Below are positions 1-8,557 of a stretch of DNA of 44,271 nt, piece by piece (position 1 is the stretch's first letter; every line of letters starts with the position of its first letter). The DNA is from a virus (lineage: Duplodnaviria; Caudoviricetes). The stretch is from the IMG/VR virus record IMGVR_UViG_3300038393_001218, positions 1 to 44,271 of that record. One strand, written 5' to 3'. Both the position numbers and the translations under genes were made by a program. Below the pieces are notes generated by a model, which was given only the letters and a program-made list of their open reading frames with translations, was not told the DNA's origin and did no database searches.

Positions 1-264
1 GTTCGGATGATCTATTATCTGCGGAGCGACATTGACCGCGTGTTTGCGGCGGTTGCTCATGCCGAGGTTCCGACCGTCGTTCTATGCGGCAACAAGAACC
101 GCGCTGCGCGCTGGAGATCCAGTATTCCCGATGACGAAGGCGGCCCCTTCAACTTCTATGCCTCCCGTGAGGGGATGTCTGAGTTGCTCAAGCGGCACGG
201 GTACATGATTAGCGCCGAAGTTGCCGAAGGGGATGAGATTGTCGTCGGTGTGTTGGCGGGCTGA
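1..264 (+). CDS. 5'-truncated ORF, probably the C-terminal part of a class I SAM-dependent methyltransferase
   Basis: Frame is open from base 1 (VRMIYYL...). Alternating beta/alpha pattern resembles a methyltransferase C-terminus; motif I is not in the window. Confidence 0.4.
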   Translation, partial: VRMIYYLRSDIDRVFAAVAHAEVPTVVLCGNKNRAARWRSSIPDDEGGPFNFYASREGMSELLKRHGYMISAEVAEGDEIVVGVLAG

Positions 265-315
265 TTACCCGACAGTTTCAGGCTCTTCGCCTAGAGTCAG
301 TGCTACCGCCAACAC

Positions 316-780
316 ATGAGATGGGTAAATCCTTCGTCTGTTCGTTTCAAGATCACTCCGCATCATGATCTTAGGGGTGAGAAAGATGGCGATTGGGATA
401 TCGAGCGCCGTTTTCCAGTAGTGGAAGCAGTGAAGTACAGGGCTATTGTTCAACGTTACTGCGACGGGCTTCCGTGGGAAGAAACCGACCTCTTCGCTGA
501 CACATACGCGCGACGGATCAAGTCAGAACCGATCCGGGGCGAAGCGACCATGCAAGATTTGCTCAGGCAGTATTACACCCGCGTTGACGGGATGTTCGAC
601 GACCTGAAGCGCAATGGGTTTCGGGCCAACAGCCCACTGCCGAAGTTGCTGATCGGCCGCGATGGCGAAGTGTTCATCGGCAACCAGGGCAACCATCGGC
701 TCGCAATGGCTCAAGTTCTGGGGCTCGATAAATTCGCAGGGGAAGTGATTTGCAGGCATCCGTGCTTGACCGCAGCATAA
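316..780 (+). CDS. ParB/Srx-like N-terminal domain protein (no HTH)
   Basis: IGRDGEVFIGNQGNHRLAMAQVLG matches the ParB/Srx GxHR motif; GDWD near the N-terminus. Confidence 0.6.
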   Translation: MRWVNPSSVRFKITPHHDLRGEKDGDWDIERRFPVVEAVKYRAIVQRYCDGLPWEETDLFADTYARRIKSEPIRGEATMQDLLRQYYTRVDGMFDDLKRNGFRANSPLPKLLIGRDGEVFIGNQGNHRLAMAQVLGLDKFAGEVICRHPCLTAA

Positions 781-1694
781 CGGGCGTCCCGCCAATCCCG
801 GCGATGACTACCGATGCCGAGCGCGAATGCTACTACCGCTTGACGAAAGACGCGGCTGGCAAAGGCGAGATCGTCGAGCTCGGCGCGTGGCTTGGAGCTT
901 CGACCGCCTACATCGCGGCAGGGGTTCGCGACAGCGGCGTCCAGACCAAGGCGCACGTTTACGACAAGTTCGAATCCAAGATCGGCCACATCGACAAGGT
1001 CAAAGCCTTTTATGAAAAGCACGGGCTGGACAAAGCCCCCACCGGCCCGTGCCTCCAATCGTTCACGGACAACCTTGGACCGCTGATTGATTACGTCGAG
1101 CCGCACGCCGGCCAGATCGAGAACATGCAGTGGGACGACAAGCCCATTGCCCTGCTAGTCACGGACGCGCCCAAGCGAGTTCCGGCGATCTCTTCCGTGC
1201 TCACCAAATTGAGGCACGCACTACAGCCAGGCTCGATCATGGCGTGGCAGGATTTCTGCCACTTCCCGAGCTACGAGATTCCGGCATGTCTCTATCGATT
1301 GAGAGAGCATCTGGAGTTCGTTGAGGCTGTGGTTCCGGGGACTACGTTGGTGTTTCGCGTCAAGTCGTCATGGAGGGCTGAGGAAGTTTCGCCTGAGGTG
1401 CTAGCGCTGAGCCGTTGGACCCATGAGGAAATCGACGAGGCCTGGGTTTATTGGTCCGAGTTTGTGCCGGAAGAAAAGGCGCTGCTCTTCGATTGCGGCG
1501 CGGCAATGTTTCTCAGCGATATTGGCGAGCAAGAGAAGGCTTCGTATCTTTTGCAGGCAATCGATTGGAAGGCGATGCGCCACAATCGACCCGAAGTTCG
1601 TAAAAAGTGGCGTTACCTTAAATCCAAGCGTCCCGATTTTGTCGTCCGCTATCATCCATTGTTTGCGTATCTGGAGAGTCAGGGGGCTATTTAG
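762..1694 (+). CDS. Class I SAM-dependent methyltransferase (Methyltransf_24-like, probably O-methyltransferase)
   Basis: IVELGAWLGAST motif I, HVYDKF, IALLVTDA, LQPGSIMAWQDF. Start uncertain (750/762/804). Confidence 0.75.
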   Translation: MLDRSITGVPPIPAMTTDAERECYYRLTKDAAGKGEIVELGAWLGASTAYIAAGVRDSGVQTKAHVYDKFESKIGHIDKVKAFYEKHGLDKAPTGPCLQSFTDNLGPLIDYVEPHAGQIENMQWDDKPIALLVTDAPKRVPAISSVLTKLRHALQPGSIMAWQDFCHFPSYEIPACLYRLREHLEFVEAVVPGTTLVFRVKSSWRAEEVSPEVLALSRWTHEEIDEAWVYWSEFVPEEKALLFDCGAAMFLSDIGEQEKASYLLQAIDWKAMRHNRPEVRKKWRYLKSKRPDFVVRYHPLFAYLESQGAI

Positions 1695-1891
1695 CCGCGC
1701 AGCCCTTCGATAAACTCCTGCTTTTCCTGATCCGTCAGAGGGGCGTCGTCTTCATCAATGCCGTAGAACTTAACGGCAGCGTAAAACCCAGTCATCCAAG
1801 CATCAGCAAGATCGTCACCGGCCTTATACGGGCATCCGAGAGACTTCAGCGCGTCTGGACCAATGAGGGTCGAGATTTTCTTGGGTTTCAT
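1691..1891 (-). CDS. Hypothetical protein, 66 aa, acidic C-terminus
   Basis: GGAG RBS before ATG 1891; ATGA overlap with the upstream RHH gene. Confidence 0.6.
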   Translation of the reverse strand: MKPKKISTLIGPDALKSLGCPYKAGDDLADAWMTGFYAAVKFYGIDEDDAPLTDQEKQEFIEGLRG

Positions 1892-2049
1892 ATGGCCTTC
1901 TCCGTTTCCAATGCCTTGAGGATCAATCGCCGGACGGCTTCGGCTCGGCTCGGTAAGCCAACTTGTTTCGCACGCCATTTGTCCAGCTTTGTGATGAGGC
2001 TCGGCTCGGCTGAAAATATGAAACGCGCCGTCTTTTTCTCTTTTGCCAT
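1888..2049 (-). CDS. Ribbon-helix-helix (CopG/Arc-like) DNA-binding protein, 53 aa (not in ORF track)
   Basis: MAKEKKTARFIFSAEPSLITKLDKWRAKQVGLPSRAEAVRRLILKALETEKAI: beta strand, then LDxWR...PSRAEAVRRL. Confidence 0.75.
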   Translation of the reverse strand: MAKEKKTARFIFSAEPSLITKLDKWRAKQVGLPSRAEAVRRLILKALETEKAI

Positions 2050-2061
2050 TTGAGCGCACTT

Positions 2062-2104
2062 ATATCAGTTTTGAGTTGCAGTCTAGCAGCATAACTGATA
2101 TCAC
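2062..2104. promoter_or_regulatory. Divergent promoter region with inverted repeat ATATCAGTT-N22-AACTGATAT (probable RHH operator)
   Basis: Inverted repeat at 2062-2070 and 2093-2101. TTGCAG-N17-TATCAC lies 7 nt before the HNH ATG. Confidence 0.55.
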
Positions 2105-2111
2105 CTTTTGT

Positions 2112-2708
2112 ATGGAAAATTGGAAAGCTGTGCCCGGCTTTGAGGGGCTTTATGAGGTTTCGGATAAGGGGCGAGTTAGAAGCTTAGACAGGGTTGTGAT
2201 TAAAAGGGTCTCCAGTAGCGGCCCACCAATACCAATCCATAGGCGCGGTAAAGTCTTGAAGGGCGGCTTGGACACGCACGGATACCGAATGGTTCAACTG
2301 TGTGTGGACTGCCAAAACAAAACAAGGCTGGTTCACCAGCTAGTCTTAGAGGCTTTTGTTGGCCCTCGCTCGGATGGAGAAGAGTGTCGCCATCTTAACG
2401 GCGAGAGAGATGACAACGGACTCGCTAATTTGGCGTGGGGAACGGCTCTCCAAAACACCGCCGACAAGGTTCGACACGGTACTATCCGTGCTCCGCGAGG
2501 AGCGGATCACGGACTAGCAACGCTTAACGAAGATGCCGTGCGCGATATTCGTCGCAGCGCGGCTTCTGGCGAAGCGACCGATTCAATTGCTGCTAGGCAC
2601 GGCATTAGCACGACGCACGTCCGGCGAATTGTGCGGAAACAGGCATGGAGTTGGCTGGATGAAGGAAATGACCGTGCTTTGCTGGCTATGGGACCAGCCG
2701 GGCGGTAG
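2112..2708 (+). CDS. NUMOD4-HNH homing endonuclease with C-terminal HTH
   Basis: ENWKAVPGFEGLYEVSDKGRVRS (NUMOD4); VHQLVLEAF..CRHLNGERDDNGLANLAW (HNH). Confidence 0.9.
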   Translation: MENWKAVPGFEGLYEVSDKGRVRSLDRVVIKRVSSSGPPIPIHRRGKVLKGGLDTHGYRMVQLCVDCQNKTRLVHQLVLEAFVGPRSDGEECRHLNGERDDNGLANLAWGTALQNTADKVRHGTIRAPRGADHGLATLNEDAVRDIRRSAASGEATDSIAARHGISTTHVRRIVRKQAWSWLDEGNDRALLAMGPAGR

Positions 2709-3378
2709 GACCAAATTCACCGGGGAACACGTTTCGATTTGGGCCAACATGGTCCGCCGCAACCTCAAGATGCCACACCGCATCGCGTGCGTTACCAATA
2801 CGCCCAAGGGTATCGACAAGAGCATAAAGATCATCAAGCCGCCCGGCGACTTCGAGGACGTATTCCCGCGCTGGGGACCGGCCAAGCCGAATTGCTACCG
2901 CCGTCTGTCGATGTTCCGCAGGGACGCAGCCGACATCTTCGGCGAGCGGTTCGTTTGCATGGATCTGGATTGCGTTGTCGGCGGCTCTCTTGATCCGCTG
3001 TTCGACCGTCCGGAAGATCTGGTGCTGTTCAAGGGCACTCAGCAGGACCGCCCGTACAATGGCTCGATGATGCTCATTAGAGCGGGTTGCAGGCCAGAGG
3101 TTTTCGAGAAGTTCGACCAAAAGGGCGCGAATATCTCCGGGGACATCTTCGTCGGTTCGGATCAAGCGTGGTTGGCTTATGTTCTCGGCCGCAAGGAGAA
3201 GGTCTGGAGCGAGCGCGACGGCGTCTATTGGTACGGCAGCGTTCATTACAAAGTGCGCGACCGCAAAACCAATCCGCGCCTCCTATTCTTCCCCGGCAAG
3301 ATCAAGCCGTGGACGCTCGCGCCGCTCAAGATTGATCCGTTCACCACTGAATATTATCGGATAAGGGAGGCCGCGTAG
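2659..3378 (+). CDS. GT-A fold glycosyltransferase (GT8-like)
   Basis: CMDLDCVV (DxD), YNGSMM, GSDQAWL, FFPGKIKPW; GGAG before ATG 2659. Confidence 0.75.
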   Translation: MKEMTVLCWLWDQPGGRTKFTGEHVSIWANMVRRNLKMPHRIACVTNTPKGIDKSIKIIKPPGDFEDVFPRWGPAKPNCYRRLSMFRRDAADIFGERFVCMDLDCVVGGSLDPLFDRPEDLVLFKGTQQDRPYNGSMMLIRAGCRPEVFEKFDQKGANISGDIFVGSDQAWLAYVLGRKEKVWSERDGVYWYGSVHYKVRDRKTNPRLLFFPGKIKPWTLAPLKIDPFTTEYYRIREAA

Positions 3379-4742
3379 TGAACATATTTGGTCTCCAAAT
3401 CACGCGGGCAGAGAAGACGCTTTCGCCTCCCGACAGCCGCGGATCGTGGTGGCCCGTGATAAGGGAACCGTTTTCAGGAGCGTGGCAGAGAAACGAAGAA
3501 CTCAGCAACGACGCGCAGATGGCGTTCTTCGCTGTTTTCGCCTGTCATACGCTGATCAGCTCCGATCTTTCAAAGAACCGTATTCGCTTGGTCGCTCAGA
3601 ATGGGCAGGTCTGGCAGGAGACGACAAACCCGGCGTTCTCGCCAGTTCTCCGCAAGCCTAATAGCTTTCAGAACCGCATCCAGTTCATCGAGAATTGGGT
3701 CAATTCAAAGCTTTCCAGAGGCAACACTTACGTCCTGAAAGAACGAGACGGACGTGGTGTCGTTGTTGCCCTCTACATTCTCAATCCGGATCGCGTTCAG
3801 CCGTTGGTGAGCGATAACGGGCAGGTCTTTTACCGGCTCTCACAAGACAATCTTTCCGCGATCACGAGTTCAGACACAATCGTTCCAGCGCGTGAGATCA
3901 TCCACGACAGGTTCAATTGCCTGTTCCACCCGCTTGTCGGGATTTCGCCGCTCTACGCCGCGGCTCTCGCGGCAACGCAGGGCACCAACATCCAGCGCTC
4001 GACTGCGCGGCTGGCGTCCAACGGTGTCCGACCGGGCGGTATCCTGACTGCTCCTGGCAAGATCGACCCCGAGAACGCCAAGCGCCTCAAGGAAACGTGG
4101 GAGACGCAATACGCTGGCCCCCAAGGCGCGGCGAAAATCGCAATTCTCGGTGACGGGCTGAAGTTCGAATCCCTGACCATGACCGCCGATGAGGCGCAGC
4201 TGATCGAACAGTTGAAGTTCACGGCTGAGATGATCTGCTCGGTCTATCACGTTCCACCGTACAAGATCGGTGTGGGTCCGCTGCCGAGCTACAACAATGT
4301 CCAAGCACTCAACGTCGAGTATTTCAGCCAGTGCCTGCAGAAGCATATCGAAGACATTGAACTGTGCCTGGATGAAGGGCTAGGCATCGGCGAGGGCGTG
4401 ACCATCAACGGCCAGGTCTACGGAACTGAGTTCGACGTAGACAATCTGCTCCGCATGGACAGCATCACACAGATGGACGTGCTGGAGAAGTCCAAGGGCA
4501 AGCTGACAGTCAACGAGCAGCGCGCCAAACTCGGCCAGTTGCCCGTTGAAGGCGGCGAAACAGTCTACCTTCAGGAGCAGGATCACAGCCTCGCCTGGCT
4601 TGCCAAGCGCGATGCGGAGCCGATCGAGGCGCCAGCCGCACCGCCTCAAGATCCTGCGGCGAATGACAATGCTGCGGCAGCGCAGCGCGCGATGGCGATA
4701 GCCACGATTGCGAAAGGACTAGCCGAATGCTCGACGGCGTAG
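3378..4742 (+). CDS. HK97-family portal protein
   Basis: PNSFQNRIQF, GNTYV, EIIHDR, GISPL, PGGIL, ICSVYHVPPYKIG. Confidence 0.95.
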   Translation: MNIFGLQITRAEKTLSPPDSRGSWWPVIREPFSGAWQRNEELSNDAQMAFFAVFACHTLISSDLSKNRIRLVAQNGQVWQETTNPAFSPVLRKPNSFQNRIQFIENWVNSKLSRGNTYVLKERDGRGVVVALYILNPDRVQPLVSDNGQVFYRLSQDNLSAITSSDTIVPAREIIHDRFNCLFHPLVGISPLYAAALAATQGTNIQRSTARLASNGVRPGGILTAPGKIDPENAKRLKETWETQYAGPQGAAKIAILGDGLKFESLTMTADEAQLIEQLKFTAEMICSVYHVPPYKIGVGPLPSYNNVQALNVEYFSQCLQKHIEDIELCLDEGLGIGEGVTINGQVYGTEFDVDNLLRMDSITQMDVLEKSKGKLTVNEQRAKLGQLPVEGGETVYLQEQDHSLAWLAKRDAEPIEAPAAPPQDPAANDNAAAAQRAMAIATIAKGLAECSTA

Positions 4743-5509
4743 AGTTCGGCAATGAAGTCGTTGCGCTCGTGCGCGGCTACGTCGAGCGCGAAGTTGCTCC
4801 GCTGAAGGCTGAGAATGCCGAACTCAAGGAGCGGCTGGCAGCGCTTGAGGCGCGGCCCAATCCAGAGAAGGGTGACACTGGCGAGCCCGGCGTGGATGGT
4901 GTTTCGCCCGAACCGGAGGCCGTTGCCGCGGCGCTGTTGCCAGTGGCAGAGGAATTGATTGCCGAAGCAGTTTCAAAGGCCGTCGCTGATCTGCCTCCAC
5001 CGGAGAAGGGCGATCCGGGAGAGCGCGGCGAAAAAGGTGAGCCGGGCAAGGACGGTAGCGACGGACAAGCGGGCACTGATGGCAAGGACGGCCGAGGCGT
5101 CAAGGATCTGCTGATCGACCGTGACGGTCAACTCGTTGCGACGATGGATGACGGCGAAATGAAGATGCTTGGTCCTGTAATCGGCAAGGACGGAGCGCCG
5201 GGCAGGGATGGTCGCGACGGTTTCCAACTTGAGGACTTCGATTGCCGCGTCCTTGATGATGATCGCACGCTGGAGCTTTCATTCCGTTCCGGCGACCACG
5301 AGCATATCGCCACGCTGAAATGGCCTACGGTCATTGACCGTGGTGTCTACAAGGCTGGCGAGCAATACGATGCCGGTGACGGTGCTACTTGGGCGGGTTC
5401 TTATTGGATCGCCCAGCGTGACAATCCCGGAAAGCCAGATACTCCCGATAGTGGCTGGCGTCTTGCCGTGAAGCGCGGTCGCGACGGAAAGGACGCGAAG
5501 ATTGGCTGA
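4727..5509 (+). CDS. Collagen-like (Gly-X-Y) virion-associated protein
   Basis: GXY runs (GDPGERGEKGEPGKDG...); C-terminal DRGVY...GWRLAVKRGRDG domain. Confidence 0.75.
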   Translation: MLDGVEFGNEVVALVRGYVEREVAPLKAENAELKERLAALEARPNPEKGDTGEPGVDGVSPEPEAVAAALLPVAEELIAEAVSKAVADLPPPEKGDPGERGEKGEPGKDGSDGQAGTDGKDGRGVKDLLIDRDGQLVATMDDGEMKMLGPVIGKDGAPGRDGRDGFQLEDFDCRVLDDDRTLELSFRSGDHEHIATLKWPTVIDRGVYKAGEQYDAGDGATWAGSYWIAQRDNPGKPDTPDSGWRLAVKRGRDGKDAKIG

Positions 5510-6047
5510 GCCTGTCACCTTGGCTGAGGCCAAGTCGCAGTGCCGGATGGATGACGACAACAGCCAGGACACCTTCATCACATCATTGATTGCGCCGGCC
5601 AGAGCCTATGTCGAGCGTTGCAGCCGCCTTCTGTTTGTCAGCGGCGCACGAACCGAGACGTTCACCCGCTGGGGCGATTATCTGGAGATCTGGCGCTATC
5701 CGGTAACGAGCGTCGATACGGTTACATATTCGACCACTGCCGACCCTGATGACGACGCTGATTACACCGGCTTCGTTGCAAACCTTGGCTTTCCGGTCAG
5801 GATCAGCCCAGCGGTAAGCGACAGTTTTCCGGACCTGATCACGGGTGGAACAGTCACCGTCACCTATACGGGTGGAGCGCTTGCGAGCACAGACGAAGCC
5901 TATCTGATCGGCAAGCGCGCGATGCTCATTCTGATCGGGCATTGGTTCGAATTCAGGGAAGCCGCGATGACTGGAATTGTCTCCAACGAGATCGCCTTTG
6001 CGGTCACGTCGCTGCTCGAAGATATCAGCCCGGTTTCGGCTTACTGA
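5502..6047 (+). CDS. Head-tail connector (HK97 gp6-like)
   Basis: EPVTLAEAKSQCR; AMLILIGHWFEFRE. Confidence 0.9.
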   Translation: MAEPVTLAEAKSQCRMDDDNSQDTFITSLIAPARAYVERCSRLLFVSGARTETFTRWGDYLEIWRYPVTSVDTVTYSTTADPDDDADYTGFVANLGFPVRISPAVSDSFPDLITGGTVTVTYTGGALASTDEAYLIGKRAMLILIGHWFEFREAAMTGIVSNEIAFAVTSLLEDISPVSAY

Positions 6048-6388
6048 TGCCCAGCGCAAGCCAGCGGACCGAGCTGATCATCTTCGAGCGGTTCACGCCG
6101 ACCGAGGATGAATATGGCGAGGAGCTTCCGGTATGGTCAACGTATGCCACGCGCCGCGCATATGTCAGGTTCGGCACCGCACAGGAGAAGCGCGAGGCGG
6201 CACAGGAGGGTTCACACCAAACCGCTACCTTTGAATGCGAAACATCGGCCACGTTAAGGGCCGTAACCACCAGGGACCGCATTTCCTATTTGAGCGATCC
6301 TGAAGTGCCGACCTCTTATTGGGATCTGAGCGAGATTGCGCCGCTCGACACCAAGACAATCCGCTTCACCGGGACGAGAAAACTGTGA
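6047..6388 (+). CDS. Head closure / head-tail adaptor
   Basis: DEYGE...W motif; TGATG coupling to the connector gene; synteny. Confidence 0.8.
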   Translation: MPSASQRTELIIFERFTPTEDEYGEELPVWSTYATRRAYVRFGTAQEKREAAQEGSHQTATFECETSATLRAVTTRDRISYLSDPEVPTSYWDLSEIAPLDTKTIRFTGTRKL

Positions 6389-6834
6389 GCGACATTACGG
6401 CGAAGGTCGAATGGCTGGTCGGTTCCGACCAAGCCCTCGCCGAAGTCGGCAAGAAATCTACGCAGAAGAACATTCTCGTTCGTACACTGAAGAAAGCTGC
6501 CAAGCCGATCGATGACGAAGCCTCAGCGCTTGCTCCGAAAGAAACGGGCAAGCTGGAGATCAGCATCATCACCGGGACAAAACTAACACGGCGCCAGCGC
6601 TCCAGCGCCTACAAGGCTGGGACGCTGGGGGTTGCCGAGGTTTACGTAGGGACCGCGCTGAGCCGTGGCCTGTTTCAGGAGTTCGGCACGTATAAGATGC
6701 CAGCCCATCCGTTCATGCGCCCAGCATGGGAGCACAATAAGGAAAAGGCCGAGCAAATAATCGGCACCGAGCTTTGGGTTGAGATCAAGAAGGCTGTCGA
6801 TCGCGCCGCGCGCAAGCGGGCCAAAGCTGGCTAG
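6385..6834 (+). CDS. HK97 gp10-like tail component
   Basis: APKETGKL...QEFGTYKMPAHPFMRPAW. Confidence 0.9.
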   Translation: MSDITAKVEWLVGSDQALAEVGKKSTQKNILVRTLKKAAKPIDDEASALAPKETGKLEISIITGTKLTRRQRSSAYKAGTLGVAEVYVGTALSRGLFQEFGTYKMPAHPFMRPAWEHNKEKAEQIIGTELWVEIKKAVDRAARKRAKAG

Positions 6835-7224
6835 ATGGATTGGCAGGGTGCGATGCTCGCGCGGCTTCGTGCCGCCGCGGGTGTGACGGCATTGGTAGGC
6901 GCGAAGACCTACTGGGAAAACGCGCCGCAAGGTGTCTCTCGGCCATACGTTACTTTACTCGATGTCACTCAACTGAGACCACAGACGCTCAAGGGCTGGG
7001 ATCTTGAGGCGGCGCGGGTCCAGATCGACGTTTGGACCGACACTTACGCTTCCAAGCAGGCGATCATGGAAGCCGTTCTCACGGCTGTGGTCCCTGGTGG
7101 CACATTTAACGGCAACACCTTTCAGCGGGCCGACATAGACTTAGGCCCGCGCGATATCCCCGAGCGGGACGGGGACACGATTATTTTCCGCAAATCAGCA
7201 GACCTGATCATCCACCACACTTAA
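6835..7224 (+). CDS. Tail terminator (DUF3168-like)
   Basis: RPYVTL, RVQIDVW; position before the tail tube gene. Confidence 0.8.
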   Translation: MDWQGAMLARLRAAAGVTALVGAKTYWENAPQGVSRPYVTLLDVTQLRPQTLKGWDLEAARVQIDVWTDTYASKQAIMEAVLTAVVPGGTFNGNTFQRADIDLGPRDIPERDGDTIIFRKSADLIIHHT

Positions 7225-7240
7225 AGGAAGGGCAAAGCCA

Positions 7241-7699
7241 ATGACCGAGGCCCGGATCGGCTGGGGCGGCGAGCTCCACGTGTCAACGGACAATACCGAA
7301 GCGAACCTTGTTGAGCTTGTCGAAGTCGTAGAATGCGGCTTTCCGAGCGACGAGACCGAGGAAGTTGAGGCCACGCACCTCAAGTCTCCCGGCCGGCGCA
7401 AGGAGTTTATTGCTGGCCTGATCGACGGCGGCGAGTTCACCGCCACGCTTAATTATGTGCCGGGAGCAGCTACCGACTTGCTGCTTACCGCAGCTAAGGA
7501 TGCGGGCACGATCCGCAAAATCCGCATCGTCATTCCCGACGATAGCGGAACCGGCGCGGCTGACTGGAACATCGTCACCAGCGCGTTCGTGAAGAAGTAT
7601 GCTCCCGATACCATGTCGGTGGGCAACAAGATCACGGCGACGGCGACGTTCCGCGTTACTGGCGCACAAGAGCAGGGAACTGGGTCGAGCGGTTCCTAA
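7241..7699 (+). CDS. Major tail (tube) protein
   Basis: EVEATHLKSPGRRKEFIAGLIDGGE; strong RBS. Confidence 0.9.
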   Translation: MTEARIGWGGELHVSTDNTEANLVELVEVVECGFPSDETEEVEATHLKSPGRRKEFIAGLIDGGEFTATLNYVPGAATDLLLTAAKDAGTIRKIRIVIPDDSGTGAADWNIVTSAFVKKYAPDTMSVGNKITATATFRVTGAQEQGTGSSGS

Positions 7700-8079
7700 T
7701 GAGCCTGGTCGCATTCGGGCATGAAGAACAGGTAACGGTCGGCGATCTATCGCTGACTTTGCGGTTGGACTTTGGCGTCATCACCATCATGGAAGGTGCG
7801 CTCAAGGTCGATATGCCGTCGATCGTTGCCAACTTCAGAAGCGGGCATCCCCAGCTTAGCGTTCTCGGTCAGATGCTCTGGGCAATGCTGCGTGAACATC
7901 ATCCTGGAGTGACGCTGGATCAGGCGGCGGGGATCATGTTCTCCGAGGATGCCGGAAAAGTGGGATACGCGCTCGACGCCCTTCTTGAGCGCGCATTCCC
8001 AGTGGTGACGGAGGATAGGAAGAAACCAAACCCTCCGAAGCGAAATGGTCGGTCGAAGAGTTCCGCAGGGAATGGGTAG
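7699..8079 (+). CDS. Tail assembly chaperone (G)
   Basis: Lies between tube and tape measure genes; contains a slippery site near its 3' end. Confidence 0.8.
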   Translation: MSLVAFGHEEQVTVGDLSLTLRLDFGVITIMEGALKVDMPSIVANFRSGHPQLSVLGQMLWAMLREHHPGVTLDQAAGIMFSEDAGKVGYALDALLERAFPVVTEDRKKPNPPKRNGRSKSSAGNG

Positions 8080-8363
8080 CGGCCGGCTTCAGACCTGCTG
8101 ATTTCTGGAAGGAGACACCGCGCAGCTTCGTCAATGCGATGGAGGGGGCTGCGCGCGGTGTCCAACGACAAGTCGATCTCGCAATAGTTGGGGCATGGCA
8201 TTCTGAAGCCTTCGCGAGAACCAAGCGGCTCAACAAGATGTCGTCATATCTGAGCAAGGACCAGCCTTCGCCTAGGTCGAATCACGCGCAAGCTTTGGCC
8301 TTCTTTCATGGGCTTAAGGCGCGGGGCGTTCCAGTGAAAATCTCTAAGCGTGAGATCAATTAG
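8028..8363 (+). CDS. Tail assembly chaperone T segment, reached by -1 frameshift at A AAC CCT (8028-8034)
   Basis: The -1 frame is open from 8019 (TAG at 8016) to 8363 and encodes GFRPADFWKETPR. Confidence 0.7.
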   Translation, partial: KPSEAKWSVEEFRREWVAAGFRPADFWKETPRSFVNAMEGAARGVQRQVDLAIVGAWHSEAFARTKRLNKMSSYLSKDQPSPRSNHAQALAFFHGLKARGVPVKISKREIN

Positions 8364-8533
8364 GGCACTTCGCAATGTTGTCCCGTCTGCGCCTCACAAG
8401 CTCGGTGAGCTGCAAGAATGGTGTTGGTGGTGTCGCTCTTGGGAGCGGTGCTGAAAATCAGGGCCGACGCGACAAGAATGACCACGACCAGACATCCGAT
8501 CATATGAAACCGCTTGTGCATTGGGCGTTGCAT
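8360..8533 (-). CDS. Small antisense membrane/exported protein (moron-like)
   Basis: IGCLVVVILVASALIF hydrophobic segment, C-terminal Cys pair; fills the gap between chaperone and tape measure genes. Start uncertain. Confidence 0.5.
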   Translation of the reverse strand: MQRPMHKRFHMIGCLVVVILVASALIFSTAPKSDTTNTILAAHRACEAQTGQHCEVP

Positions 8534-8557
8534 TACTTCAATCTCAAAGGAATTTGA

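Noticed and set aside
316-780. Plasmid-prophage partition system
   Set aside because: No ParA and no HTH domain, and the phage has int and attP.
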